DNA of 64,000 nt, from positions 82,923,237 to 82,987,236 of the forward strand of contig NC_057711.1 of the NCBI RefSeq assembly GCF_004010195.1, written 5' to 3'. Each line of letters begins with the position of its first letter. The first letter of the stretch is position 1. The notes under the pieces were generated by a model. It had not been told where the DNA came from. It did not search any database and worked only from the letters and a program-made list of their open reading frames with translations. Source of the stretch: Chiloscyllium plagiosum (Eukaryota). Below are positions 24,181 through 38,628 of the stretch, piece after piece. The translations under genes and the position numbers were made by a program.

Positions 24181-27100
24181 TATTCACATGTTACACCAGA
24201 ATTTCTCCAACATTGTACAACGTAAATTTCTCTGAAGTGATATGGTGCAAAACAAGTATGATATGTTGATGACTCTGGTGTACAAATCTATTGTTATGAA
24301 CCAGATTTACTTTAATCATTTCATGAATCTAGACACTTGATGTGCTGCACTTAAGTTGTTTCAGGACAGAGATCTCCATGCAGCACTCACGTTTTTTGCC
24401 ACAAAACCACCAAATAATTAGCCATGCATTATACGTAAAGGCAGAAACAAGTTCTCTGAAATGTCCCTCATGCAGTTGGGGATTTTTGAATTCTAGAACA
24501 TGATTTCCACAGAGGTTGTCCTAGAGACAGTCAGCAGTTCCCTGAAAACATTACAAAATGGCTAAAATTAGCTGTTTGCACTGTTGAGAAACAGTGGACT
24601 TTGGCCTATCCACTGGCAAAGCAAGAGTTAGGCTTTCTATCACAGAAATTCAGGGCCATTTAGTTCACATATATATCCTGATTTGAGAATACTTTGTACA
24701 AAATATCAATAAGTGTGACTAACAGTTTCCAATATTTGAAGTATATTGGCTCAGCATTCTTTTGTTTTGAAAATGAACTCTTTTCAATGGAATATTATTT
24801 AATGTTGATATAATAAGGTCATTATTTTACTCTGCATTATTCTTTTACCTTTACTCTTTAGCACTATTGTCATTAGTTCCACGGATGTCAACGTGGGAGG
24901 ACAGTACACAAACTCATCACTTGTGGGTTGCTGCGAAATGATGAATTCTCCTACATTTAACTGTGATCAGATCTCTTTCTAAAATAAGAAAAATAATTGG
25001 AAAACTGTAATGTCTTAATTTGCAGCTTTATTGTATTGATTAGTTTACTGTACATAGTATGTCTAATCCACTCACTCCACTACTCATTTCTCCACTACAC
25101 ACTTGAGAAACATAGACCCCACAAGTCTAATGCTTTAGAAACACATTCACAATTCATATGCCTTGTTGAAAGTAACAGTGATGTTATCCATCTTTTAAAA
25201 TACATTAATCATATTACAGACATCTCCACATGAACATTTTCCCATTGTTTCTAATGAGATATAGTGCTTCTTTCAAGTTGAAATTGGAATACCAAATGGA
25301 TAGAACAGCCATTTGAAGCAGAGGTACAAGCAAACAAAGTGCGTGTCCCTGATGCCACAACTAACACCCAGAGAGATTTCCTTTAATGCTCAACCTGATA
25401 AAATTTGCTTTTTGCTTTCAAACTTATTTGCTGTACGCTCAAAGTATCCTGCACACATCAGCAGTAGCTACTTCCCAGTGGCAATGCTGATTTCTCACAG
25501 CTTGTGTCTCTGAATGGGTCAACAAAATCAGAAGCTAGTCTACCTTCTTTAAATGAATGCAGGCCCATAGACACCCATCTCTGGTAAAATTGCTGAAGTG
25601 TGGGCTCAGAATCTGCTTTCTGCCAACAAGTTGGCATCCCAAAATGCATTGTAAAACAATGGCTACTGTTTACACATGTTAAAGCATTTTTCAATACAAT
25701 GTCAGATACAACTACAAAATTGTCACAATGTGAGAACCTTTGAGGAAAGCCACAGCTTCCTAGTCAGCCAACTCCCCATCTCCATGTACAGGTTGCTTTT
25801 TATTGGATTCAGTAAAATAGTGAAATTGAATACTCAACCCTATATTTCTGTATTGATATCTCTTCCAAAATTTGGCAATATAATTTCAAAATCCATTTGA
25901 GGGTTTCTAACACAAATCACACAGAGTACATAACCCATTAACGCCACACACTTTAACCAAAATGCTTCTTCAGCATCAGAGGTACTGTGTCAATAGATTA
26001 TGAGCAAATATCTGAGTACTTAAGAAGAGAGTGTTACATAACTAGAAGAATGAACAAAGTGTATCATAAATGAAATAAAACCTGCTAAAATTCCAGTGAA
26101 TAGGGCTGAATGTGTCTGCAATGTCAGGGAATATGCTGATTCCCTTGATGGAGCCTAAGTTCCTAAAACTCAATTTGTCCTGAACATTAACATGAGGATG
26201 AGAAAAACCTGGATTGGGAACTCCCATTTCCTGAACCTCAAAGTTTGGATGCAGTGGGCCAAGAGACAAAAATAATTACAAGACAAATACATCACTTTGA
26301 AAATAAAATTTTAAAGTAAATATGATACTCCTAAAATAGCCATTATTCCTGTATTTAGCAGGGCCATGACACTTCTGCACCTGAACCTAGCAACTAGAAG
26401 CTGGATTTTCTAGCAGAATGAGCATATAGGCAACTGAGATGTGCCCAGTATACTTTTATAGGTTAATCCTGGATGAATTATAAGCCAAAATCATAGCCCT
26501 TGGAATGTTAGGCTGTACTATTGCACCTCATAACTCCAAAATTCTCCAGGCTGCCTGTGGATGTGAGTAAACATTGTGAATCAGTTGTGTCTACTGTTGG
26601 GGAAATATATACTTTGTTCCTCAGTGAGCAAGAAAAAATGAGATGCTGGGGTGCTATCACTTCATCATCTGGTATATTTCTCACACTAAGCACTTGATTT
26701 ACATTCCAAGGCAGATACTCCATCCTCACTTATTATTGACTTTCGTGTCCAAGGAACTGTGCATTCTGTGAAGGAATGGACCAGAAAATTACACCCTATT
26801 GTCAGAGGTACAGCAATCAAATATACAAACCCTTCTAAAGTTTATTTCTGTTGATCCCAAGGTGGTGTATTTTGATTCCCCCTATCATAAATATACATTT
26901 ATTTAAATTTTTAATGTCCTCCCCCATGGTGAGGTATTCAGCTAATTGTAGCTGCATATTGGAAGATCATGGGTGTCACACAACCCTGTGAGCACCCAAG
27001 TATGCAAATTACCTTGTCACTGGTGAGAATTCACAAAATCTATGTTACAATATACATTGACTAATAAGTCTTTTTAACTTTGAAAATGTATTTTCAAATT

Positions 27101-27789
27101 TTATGACCATTGAATGTTGGAAATTTATTATGTTTGTTATTTAAAAGATGGGAATGATATGTATTGAGGAATGTCATTTGTGACTTAATGGAACTGCTTC
27201 CCATTAAATGCATCTACTCGTTTCTTTAACTTTAGTCTATTGTCATTGCACAGCATAGTATTCAATTTAGAACAAACAATATATAAACTAAACAACTCGC
27301 TTGCTAGTCAGTTGCAGAATTCAGATTCATTAAGCCTTGAATTGCATAATGCGACTGTATGGGGAATCACAGAACATTAGAGCACATGTCATACTTATTT
27401 TGACAATTTGCAGAGCTACCCAACTAGTTCTGTTTTCATTCTTTCAAACCTGCCCTCGAAATTATTTCCCTTTTAGTATATTACAATTCCCTTTGAAAAG
27501 GAACTGTTGAATTTGCCTCCGCCATATTTCCTTGCAGTTTATTCAGATTATAGAAACTAATTGTAAACAAGCATTTCTGTGAAGAGAGGAACAGAGTTAA
27601 TGTTTCAAATTGGTGATCTTTTATTAGAATAATCTGTCAGACGTGCTACCATTCCAGTGTACCTCTTCTGCACCCTCTGTAGTCCTTTGGCAACTGCCTA
27701 AAGTTCAGAGTTCAACATAATACTCCAGTTCAAGCTTACTAAATGCTAAACTAGAGTTTAGCTTCCTTTCTCTAATATTCTTTGCTTCC

Positions 27790-28610
27790 ATGATGTTTTA
27801 AAATTTTGGTCATGGAATGTGGGTGTAACTGGCTAGGTCACCATTTATTATCCATTCGAAACTGCCCTTGGGAAAGTGGTGGCAAACTGCTGTACGGTAC
27901 TCCCACAGAGCTGTTAGTGAGGGTGTTCTGGATCATGATGCAGTGATAGCAAAAGAATGGTGAAATAGTTCCAAATAAGGATGGTGTTTAGCTTGGAGGG
28001 GAACCAGGTGGTGATGGTCTCTTGAATCTGCTGCCCTTGCCCTTCTAAGTGGTAGGGATCAAGTGTTTGGAAGGGACTGTAAAAGAGGTCTACGGTACTA
28101 TATCTTGTAAATGGTACACACTTAGCACTATATGTTAGTGATGAAGGGAGAGAATGATGAAGAGATAGATAATGAATTACTTGCCATAGAATTCCTAGCT
28201 TCTTAACGGATCTTTTAGCCATAGCAGTTTCTGGTCAATGGTAATACCAAGGATGACAATATTTAAAGGTTGTTAGTCATATTCTCTCTTGTTTGCAATA
28301 GTGATTGCCTGGCAAGAGTGGAGTATGAATGCTAGTTATCAATTGAAGCCTCAGTGTTATGAAGATCCTGCTGTGGTTGAACACAGACTGCTTCAGTATG
28401 AGGAGTTATAAATGCTACTGAAAACTGTGCAATCATTAGGAAACATCCCCACTTCTGTCATTGTTATGGAAGGTAGGTCATCATTGAAACAGTTGAAGAT
28501 TGATGGGGCAAGGTCATGAGCCTGTGAACCTGCTGCAATGATGTCCTTGGGCCAAAATGATTAACCTCCAAAAAACACTACCATCTTCCCTTGGGCTAGA
28601 TATAACTCCA
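27790..28610 (-). mobile_element. LINE family B 3' portion
   Basis: Reverse complement of the 3' end at 55340-55745 (GGAATGTGGGTGT...CCATTTATT...CTGCCCTTGGGAAAGTGGTGG). Confidence 0.7.
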
Positions 28611-28924
28611 ATACTTAATTATCTCACTCTTCCAACAAAAGTATATCACTTCACACTATGTTAAACTTAATTTACTCTGTATATGTACATTTTACCTGTC
28701 TTAAGTTTATTAATATTCTCTTTTTATTACTTTTCTGGGTTTCAGATCATTTGCAAACTTTGAAATCTTGTCCTGTATACCCATGTCCATGTCAATCATA
28801 AAGAGATCTGCATACCAACCTCAACATCACCACTGTATACTTTTCTCTCATCTAAAAATCAACCATTCACAAATGCTCCATACATATGTCCCTTAATAAC
28901 TGAATGCTATAGTTGTACAGCAAT

Positions 28925-30520
28925 AAGAAAAGAAAATTTATAGCCCAGGAACAGGGCCTTCGGCCCTCCAAGCCTGAGCCGATCCAAATATACTGTCTAA
29001 ATCTTTTGGCCAATTCTTAAGCATGTGTATCTCTCTGCCCCCCCCACCCACTCATGCATCTGTCCAGACGCATCTTAAATGAATCTACCGTGCCTGTCTC
29101 TACCACCTCTGCTGGTAATGCATTCCAGACACCCATCACCCTCTGTGTAAAGTACTTGCCGCGTGTATCCCCCTTAGACTTTTCACCTCTCACCTAGAGA
29201 GTGTGACCTCTCGTTATTGAATCCTTCACCCTGGGAAAAAGCTTATCTTTATCCACCCTGTCTCTACCCTTCATGATTTTGTAAACCTCAAACAGGTTTC
29301 CCCCCTCAATCTCCTTTTTTCTAATGAAAACAAACCTAACCTACTCAACCTCTCTTCATAACTAGCATCTTCCATGCCAGGCAACATCCTCGTAAACCTT
29401 CTCTGCACCCCTCTCTAAAGCATTCACATCCTTTTGGTAATGTAGTGACCAGAACTATATACAGTATTCTAAACACGGCCGAACTAATGTCTTGTACAAT
29501 TTAAACATGACTTGCCAGCTCTTACACTCAATACCCCATCCAATGAAGGCAAGCATACCATATGCTTTCTTGACCACTCTATCCACCTGTGCAGCAACCT
29601 TCAGGGTACAATGGACCTGCACTCCCAGATCTCTCTGCCCATCAACCTTTCCCAAGGCACTTCCGTTCATTGTATAATTCACTCCAGAATTAGACTTGCA
29701 TAAATGCATCACCTCATATTTGTCTGGATTGAACTCCACCTGCCACTTTTCTGCCCAACTCTCCAGTCTATCCATATCCTCCTGTAATTTTTGACAGTCC
29801 CTTATGCTTTCTGTTACTCCACCAATTTTCGTGTCATCTGCAAACTTGCTGATCATACCAACAGTGCCCCCAAAACTGACCCCTGTGGAACACCACTGGT
29901 CACCTTTCTCCATTTTGAGAAACTCCCTTCAACTACTACTCTCTGCCTCCTGTTGCTCAACCAGTTCTTTATCCACCTAGCTAGAATACCCTGCACACCA
30001 TGTGACTTCACTTTCTCCATTAGTTTACCATGGGGAAACCTTATCTAACACCTTACTGAAGTCTATGTATATGACATCAACAGCCCTCCCTTCATCTATC
30101 AACCTCATCACTTCCTCAAAGAACTCTATTAAGTTGGTAAGGCACGATCTACCCCGCACAAAACCATATTACCTATCACTGATAAGCCCATTCTCTTCTA
30201 AATATAAATAGATCCTATCCCTCATCACCTTCTCCAGCAACTTTCCCACCGCTGATGAAGGCTCAATGGTATGCAGTTACCCAGGATATCCCTTCTTGTA
30301 CAGGGGGACAACATGAGCAACCTTCCAGTCCTTTGGCACCTCACTTGTGTTTAAGGATGCCACAAAAATATCTGTCAGGGCCCTAGCTATTTCCTCTCTT
30401 GCCTCCCTCAGCAACCTGGGATAGATCCCATCCGATCCTGGGGATCCGTCCAACTTAATAACCTCTAGCCTACCCAACACATCTTCCCTACTTATGTCAA
30501 CATGATCCAGACTAATCAAA
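28925..30520 (-). mobile_element. 5'-truncated CR1 LINE (RT and 3'UTR)
   Basis: ISKFADDTKIGG...WAEKWQVEFNPDK...RDLGVQVH and SPGSDGIYPRLLREAREEIA. Confidence 0.92.
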
Positions 30521-32140
30521 CAAACAGACCAATAAATATAACAAAACATCTCAAGATCCTTCACAGGAGCAAAATATGCCACCAGACCATGAGATATTAG
30601 GTGAGATAACCAAAACATTAAGTAAACAGTTTCAAGGAGTGTCTTAAAAACAAGAAAAGAGAGGAAATTCCAGATCTTGGGGCCTAGGCAGTTGAAGGAA
30701 TAGTACCAACAGTGAAGCAATTAAAAAAAAAACTGATGTACATAAGAGTTAGATAAACATAGATATCTTGGAAGTTTATGGGGCTGGAGGCAGCCATGGA
30801 CGGTTTTGAAAACAAGGTTGAGAAGTTTTAAAATTACGCTGTTGCTAATACCAGAAACAATCCAACAGTTATTCCGACGTGATTTAGTAAGAGTTGTGGA
30901 TGTGCTCAGGTTAAGTGGATGGAATATGAAAAGACCAGGCACTCATGCATTGGAATAGTTTAGAGGTACCAAAAGCATGAAAAGATTGATGAACGCAGAT
31001 GAGATGAGGTCGGAAATGGGAAGTTTTTGTGATGCCATAAAGCTGATCTCAAGATCAAATATAACTCCAAGGTTGTGGACAGACCTGATTTATGCTTGGA
31101 CTTGGGAAAATAATAGAGTCATTAGCTAGAAGATGGAGTTTGGAACATGAATAAAAACATCACTCTCTTTTCCACCAACAATCCTTGCTACATCTCTAAT
31201 CTACTTTGCCGTCTCCAAAACCTTTGAATCTTTTGTCACTCTCAAATCAATACCTAATCTTCTCAGAACTGTATGTCTTAAATCCTTCCCATTTCTTCCA
31301 ACTCACCTATAAAAATGAGTTTATAGACTTGCTTGTCATTACGATCAAGACCGTCTGATAAAGTACCTTTGTTGCATCCATTGCTTCCACTAGCCCATGG
31401 CTCAAACCTCCTCAAAAGATCCTTACTACCTTGGCCTTGAAGCCAAAACCTTCTTGGCTAAAATAGTGAACAGGAGGGAAGTTGGTTAACAGCGATTTAG
31501 TAGAAACAGGTAGAAGGGAGCTGGGTCTCATGGACAAGATAAGCACAGAAAGAGCAGCAGCAGAGGTTGGAGAGAAATTAAAAACAGAAGTAAAGTGACA
31601 AGGAATTCCAAGTTGAAAGAGGTAGAGGAAAATTTAAGATGACAGTTTATGTAGGAATAAAGAAGCTTGGGGTTAACTTTGGAATGTCGTGTAGTTTTAT
31701 CAGAAAAAAAGTTGGATCCGAATTGCTTCATGTGGCCCATCCTTAGGTGATGACAGACGAATAAACCTTTCAAGCCTGCAGTTTAAATTAAAGGCAGAGA
31801 AAATGACCTCATCTGGACAAATTATCAGGGTAATGATTCAGTTGAGGATTAGGACATCAAAGGTGGGGATGATGTTGCAAATCAGTAGCTGCAGAAATAT
31901 TATTACAGATTGAGGGCTAATGTCTTGGCAATTGGGAATTTGAAAATATCTGTTTCTAAGTACATGGTGGAATAGTTTCTTTCCAGAGTGGGATGATGTG
32001 TAAGGAGAGTGATATGAAGAGATTCAGTACAGGAATAGCACAAGAGAGTGGGAAGGTAAGGGTAAGAGATCTCAATGTCATTCACCCTTCCTCTGATTTT
32101 GAATGGGGCAGGAAGCCTCAAAGAGACCATTGCCATTTGA
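30520..32140. mobile_element. Old L2-clade LINE fragments in mixed orientation
   Basis: Degenerate YSFNCLGPKIWNFL C-terminus (~30660-30720, minus strand) and C/T-rich endonuclease-like remains at 31500-32130. Confidence 0.45.
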
Positions 32141-32779
32141 AGATTCCATAAGTGCCTACTAAGAAAATTTATACATGGGGATTCCTAGCTCCTGAAAGAG
32201 GAAATTCACATATATTACTTCTACCACCAGTATTTAACCAGCAATTTGTGACAGACCAGAAATAACCTGGCAGATCTGGTGCCTGAGGATCACCCAGTAG
32301 GGGCTCTGGCCTGAGGGAATGGAAGGAACTGGCTGGAACCTCCCTTCTGACCTTCAAATCAAACCCACACCTGCACCTACTATCCCACACCATGGTCTCC
32401 AAATCTGGTGTTGCTGAGTTTACTCCTCTTGCCTTTTCCTTGAGCTCCATTGTCAATCCTGGAGGTAACCAAGATTGCATTATAGCTGTGGCTGTTGCTT
32501 CTGGTGGTATTGCTGGTACTAGAGAGCTGTGGTATCTGATTAATCTGAAACTCTTTGAGCAGGTATCTGCTCTACACTGTAATTCCTGTGGAAAATTCCT
32601 CTCAGAAGCTGAGAATTCCAATGACTCTGGAAAAAAGGCCTCAGGAGAGTAGCCACCATTCCTCCAGCTGGTAGATGGGTCCCTTCTGTGACCATTAAAT
32701 TCTGCCTGTGGGGGAGTATGGACTAGCTTAATTAATTAGTTTAAAATCTCAAGCTAGTTTAATAATTTATCATTTAATT

Positions 32780-35700
32780 AAAGTCAGTGTTCAGTTAATC
32801 AAATCTAGTAACACTGAAAGCTGAGATATTTCAAAGTTAAACGTTTAAGTTAACTCACTTTAAATTAAATAAAGCAGCTAATTGATGAGTAGAGTGAATT
32901 TATTTATTTGTGTTAGTTTTATTTCTGTCAAGTCAGTGAATAGTCTAATAATTAGAGTAATGCCAGTGTATCTTGGAGCTGCAGCATACACATCCTATTT
33001 CATTTGGGAACTCCAGTACACTTCTCATGGACAGTCTCATGTACAGGATATATTACCATTACAGCTTGAGTCTAGATTTCAGAGCTGAAGTCAGAGCAGT
33101 GTATCTGCAAGACTCAAAGTTTCATGGATATTTTGCTCTGGATAGATCACCCACAGCTCAAGGATGTGCAAGCAGAGAAGAAATGGATGGTTGCCAAGTA
33201 GTTGAGGACAGCCAGTGCATGTCATTCTCCAACAATATTTGTACTGAAATGGCAACTATGATGGCTTCTCTGGTGGGTATAACAGGAAATCCATGGCAGG
33301 CTCAGCTATACAGTGGGACAGAAGAAAGACTGAGAAAGCAATAACAGCTGAGCCCAGATCAAGGGTCTACATCAAGGCCCAATAACATTCTCAGGGGGCA
33401 GGGGGTCAGGTCAGAAGCAGCACTGGAACCTGCAATTTCTGTCCCTGAATAGTAATACTAGATTCTATACCTAAGTGAAACAGGCATTTATTTGGCAGCA
33501 GACATGAATCCAAGATAGCTTGTTCCCTAACATTGACTAAGGCACCGGAAGCAATAAAAGATGCACCCTACTTTGTGTTTCTTCTCAACATCTAGGGCTA
33601 GTGTCAAAATTGGGAGACCCAGTTTGAGGATGATATGAAAATACACGGGAAGGCTGACACAAAGTCTGTAGAGGGGTACACAGGTTAAGAGAATGAGCAG
33701 GAACTTGGCAGATGAAATATGTAGGAAAATGTGAGACGATGCACCTGTCAGAAAAAAAAGGAGTTGAATGTTAGTTAAATGGAGAAAGACTGCAGGAAGC
33801 TCTAGAACAGAGGAATCGAGAGTCCTTGCGCATGAAGCACAAAATGCTAAGGAGGGCAAATGGAACACGTCTTTATTTTAAAGGGAATCGAGTACACAAG
33901 TAGAGAGGTTTTGTTAAAACTGTACAAGGCACTAGTCAGACGACAACTAAAATACTTCTGTTTCTCATTTCTCATCTCTGCTGCTGCTCTTTCTGACCTC
34001 AACTTGTCCAAGAGACCTAGTTCCTTTTTACTGGTTCCCATTAATTCGCACATAAACCAACTTCCCTCTTGTTCCTTATTTTAGCCAAGAAGGTTATGGC
34101 TTCAAGGCTAGGGCAGTGAGGATCTTTTGAGGAGGTTCGAATCAGTGTGCAATGGATGCAGCTGAAGTACCTGACCAGATGGTCTTGATCTTAGTTTTGG
34201 GCCCCTTGCCAAGGGAAAGATATAGAGGCACTGGAGGTAGCCCAGAGAAGGTTCACTAGGCTGACACCAGAGATAGAGGATTCTGGATTAGTGGTGCTGG
34301 AAGAGCACAGCAGTTCAGGCAGCAACCAAGGAGCTTTGAAATTGATGTTTCGGGAAAAGCCCTTTATCAGGAATAAAGGCAGTGAGCCTGGAGCGTGGAG
34401 AGATAAGCTAGAGGAGGGTGGGNNNNNNNNNNNNNNNNNNNNNNNNNNNNNNNNNNNNNNNNNNNNNNNNNNNNNNNNNNNNNNNNNNNNNNNNNNNNNN
34501 NNNNNNNNNNNNNNNNNNNNNNNNNNNNNNNNNNNNNNNNNNNNNNNNNNNNNNNNNNNNNNNNNNNNNNNNNNNNNNNNNNNNNNNNNNNNNNNNNNNN
34601 NNNNNNNNNNNNNNNNNNNNNNNNNNNNNNNNNNNNNNNNNNNNNNNNNNNNNNNNNNNNNNNNNNNNNNNNNNNNNNNNNNNNNNNNNNNNNNNNNNNN
34701 NNNNNNNNNNNNNNNNNNNNNNNNNNNNNNNNNNNNNNNNNNNNNNNNNNNNNNNNNNNNNNNNNNNNNNNNNNNNNNNNNNNNNNNNNNNNNNNNNNNN
34801 NNNNNNNNNNNNNNNNNNNNNNNNNNNNNNNNNNNNNNNNNNNNNNNNNNNNNNNNNNNNNNNNNNNNNNNNNNNNNNNNNNNNNNNNNNNNNNNNNNNN
34901 NNNNNNNNNNNNNNNNNNNNNNNNNNNNNNNNNNNNNNNNNNNNNNNNNNNNNNNNNNNNNNNNNNNNNNNNNNNNNNNNNNNNNNNNNNNNNNNNNNNN
35001 NNNNNNNNNNNNNNNNNNNNNNNNNNNNNNNNNNNNNNNNNNNNNNNNNNNNNNNNNNNNNNNNNNNNNNNNNNNNNNNNNNNNNNNNNNNNNNNNNNNN
35101 NNNNNNNNNNNNNNNNNNNNNNNNNNNNNNNNNNNNNNNNNNNNNNNNNNNNNNNNNNNNNNNNNNNNNNNNNNNNNNNNNNNNNNNNNNNNNNNNNNNN
35201 NNNNNNNNNNNNNNNNNNNNNNNNNNNNNNNNNNNNNNNNNNNNNNNNNNNNNNNNNNNNNNNNNNNNNNNNNNNNNNNNNNNNNNNNNNNNNNNAATGG
35301 AGATGGAGAGTTCCAGGAAGGGGAGGGAGGTGTCAGAGATGGTCCAGGTAAATTTAAGGTCAGGGTGCAATGTGTTGGTGAAGTTGATGAATTGCTCAAC
35401 CTCCTTGCGGGAGCACGAGGTGGCGCCAATGCAGTCATCAATGTAGCGGAGGAAGGGGTGGGGAGTGGTCCGGTGTAATTATGGAAGATCAACTGCTCTA
35501 CGTAACTGACAAAGAGACAGGCATAGCTGGGGCCCATATGTGTGCCCATGGCTACCCCTTTGGTCTGGAGGAAGTGGGAGGATTCAAAGGAGAAATTGTT
35601 AAGGGTGAGGACCAGTTCGGCCAAACGAATGAGAGTGTCGGTGGAAGGGTACTGTTGGGGACGTCTGGAGAGGAAAAAACGGGGGCTTGGAGGCCCTGGT

Positions 35701-36245
35701 CATGGCGGATGGAGGTGTAGAGGGATTGGATATCCATGGTGAAGATGAGGCATTGGGGGCCGGGGAAATGGAAGTCTTGGAGGAGGTGGAGGGCATGGGT
35801 GGTGTCTCGAACGTATGTGGGGCGTTCCAGAGATAGAGGAGCTGTCTTATGGGGGGAGTTTGAATAGGTTGTGTAAATTGAGCCTATACTCGGAATTTGG
35901 AAAAATGATAGGTAACGCTGAAAAATACAAGATTCTTAGGGACTTGACAGAGAAAACCTAAAACCAGAGGGCGGAATCTCAGAATGAGGGGTTACACATT
36001 TAAGACAGAATAGGAGGGTAGTGAATCTGTAGCATTCTTTACCACAGAGAGCTGTTCAGCCTGGGTTGTTAAGTATAATCAAGGCTGAGATAGGTATTTT
36101 TGATCAGTAATAAACTTAAAGGTATAGCAAAAAGGCAGGAAAGTGGAGTTGAGGATTATTGCATCAGTCACGACATCATTGAAATACAGAGAAGACTCTA
36201 TGGGCTGAATAGCCTACTGCTTTTACACCTGCTCGTCTTATGACC
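32780..36245 (+). mobile_element. Heavily deleted old CR1 split by a Penelope insertion
   Basis: ORF1-like remains at 32960-33560, KGIEYTSREVLLKLYKALVR at 33880, continuity across the PLE TSD, and 3'UTR at 36100-36245. Confidence 0.7.
34281..35826 (-). mobile_element. 5'-truncated Penelope-like element (spans an N gap)
   Basis: Exact 14-bp TSD CCAGAGATAGAGGA (34267-34280 / 35827-35840). RT motifs MDIQSLYTSI, NNFSF...QTKGVAMGTHMGPSYACLF and LKFTW. Confidence 0.93.
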
Positions 36246-38426
36246 TGGGTTAAAAGACTCAGTGGGAAAGTTCCAAAATCAGGAGATTTCTGAAGTTAAT
36301 GGCGTTTTCACTAGTCCTTCACATCCTGAGCTAAGCCCAACCAGTTTGCCTTGCAGCTAAGTGTCCTCACTGGTCAGTTTAATTTCCCTCCACATTCTTC
36401 ATCTCCTACTTTTCCTCTTCCTCTGATGGACTGTAGTCTTCCAGGGACTCACTGTACCCAAGATTCACACATATTCAAGCCAGTGCTGTGGAGAACAGAG
36501 AAAACCAACACAATAACTAAGACACTTACTGCAGCATGTTGGAGAACACCTCCAATGATTCCAGACACTGCAATTGCGTCTTTCATACTCCAATGGCCTA
36601 CTCAAAGAAGGTCCTAGTGAGCAGATGTGTCTATGCTTCTGTTTAGAGCTGCTGGAAATAAGAAAAATTGCTTTTTAAGGGCTATCCCTGCTTGGTACAA
36701 CCTCATTTCACTTTGGGAGTGGAGGGATGATTTGAGGCAGCATAGACTGAGGAAGGACAAGGGAGTTGTAATAAATTCAAGGAACGTGAACACACACCTG
36801 GAAGAAGCTGTCCATATGTTATGCAGCTGTTCCTGCTGGTGAATCTGATTGGACAATCACTGGGTGTCTTGATAGCTACATGTTGTCAATCATTAATCCC
36901 TGGCACAGGAAAGGTAATGGCATAGTGTTATTATTGCTAGACGATTAATTCAGAAACTCAAGTAATGTTCTGAGGCATGGTTTTGAATCCCTCCCATGGC
37001 AATAAAAATACCTGGAATCTACTGACCATGAAACCATTGTCAATTGTCAGAAAAACCCATCTGTTTCACTAATGGTCTTTAGAGAAAGATATCTGCAATA
37101 CTTACCTGATCTGGCCAACATGAGAATCAACCATACTGCTGGTTGAAATAGCCTAGCGAACCAGTTAATTGTGTTAACGAAATGAAACCGAATACACCAG
37201 CTGGCAATGACCTAAGCACTGGAAAAGACAATGACAGAAACCCTGTCAACCCTGCCAAGTCCTCCTCACTAACATTTGGGGATTAGTGCCAAAACTGGGA
37301 GAGCTGTCTCACAGATGAGTCAAGCAACAGCCTGACATAGGTATGATTCTGTGAATATGACTTACAGGTAATCCCTAGACACTACTATCACCTTTCCTAG
37401 ATATGTCATGTCCTACTGGCAGGACTGGCCTAGCAGAGGTTATGATACAGTGATATACTGTTACACTAGAGTTGCCCTGGGAGTTCTCAACATGTACTCC
37501 AGAACTCATTAAGTTTCATGGCATCAGGTTAAACATGGGAAAGGAAATCTCCTGTTGATCATCATGTACTGACCTCCATCAGCTGATGAATCAGTACTCC
37601 ACGTTGAACAACACTTGGAGGAAGCACAGGTGGCAAGGGCACAAAATATATTGTGGTGGGGTTTTCAGGGTCCACACCAAGAGTAATTCAGCACCACCAC
37701 AAGTGATAGAGTTGAGCAGGTCTTAAAGGACAAAGCTGTTAGACTGCAGCAGGTGGTGAGAGAAGCAAGAGGGAAAAATATATTTGACCTCACCCTTACC
37801 AATTTGCCAGCTGCAGATGCATCTGTCCATGGCATTATCAGTAAGAGTGACCACCATAAAGTCCTTGGAGAGTGCAGATGATTATATGTTGTGTCGCACT
37901 GCCGGATATAGCATGGTGATAAAGTCATAGTTGTAGACTCATCCAGCACCATTTGACCAAATCTGGCAATTCAACTCTGGAAATCAATGAAGTACTATTG
38001 GCTATCAACAGCAGCAGAATTGTACTCCAACACAATCTGCAACCTCTTGGCCTACCATACCCCTACTCAACCATTACCATGAAGCCAGAGCATCACTCCT
38101 GGTTCAATGAATACTGAAGGAGAACGTACCAGGAGCAGTATCAGGCAGACATGATATTGAGGTGTCAACCTGGTTAAGTTACAAAACAATACTATTTGTG
38201 TGCCAAGCAAGATAAGCAGCAATTAATAGACAGAACGAAGTGATTCCACAACCAATGGGTCAGATCTAAGCTCTGTAGTTCTGCCACGTCCAGTCATGCA
38301 TGGTGTTGGATAAACAATAATCTGGAGGGGAATGTTCCACAAATATTCCCGTCCTCAGTGATGTATGAGATATTATGTTATCAGTATCTTTACTAACTCA
38401 CTCACTAGCTCACTATATTCATTAAT

Positions 38427-38628
38427 GTGGAGGTGCCGGTGTTGGACAGGAGTGGACAAAGTTAAAATTCACACAACACCAGGTTATAGTCCAACAGGTT
38501 TATTTGGAAGCACTAGCTTTCGGAGTACAGCTCCTTCATAGCAACCACCTAATCAAGGAGCAGCGCTCCGAAAACTAATGTTTCCAAATAAACCTATTGG
38601 ACTATAACCTGGTATTGTGTGATTTTTA
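38427..38628. mobile_element. Fold-back mini-Penelope of a different family, inserted in the 5' LTR
   Basis: Inverted arms 38461-38536 / 38555-38630. Decayed hammerhead CTAATCA-a-GGAGC-AGC-GCTCC-GAAA. 15-bp TSD ACTATATTCATTAAT (38412-38426 / 38629-38643). Confidence 0.8.

Noticed and set aside
34191..35624. Long ORFs of 266-477 aa in the track (also 16866-17495 and 59163-60232)
   Set aside because: Artefacts of translating through N gaps; the real parts are PLE or CR1 sequence.
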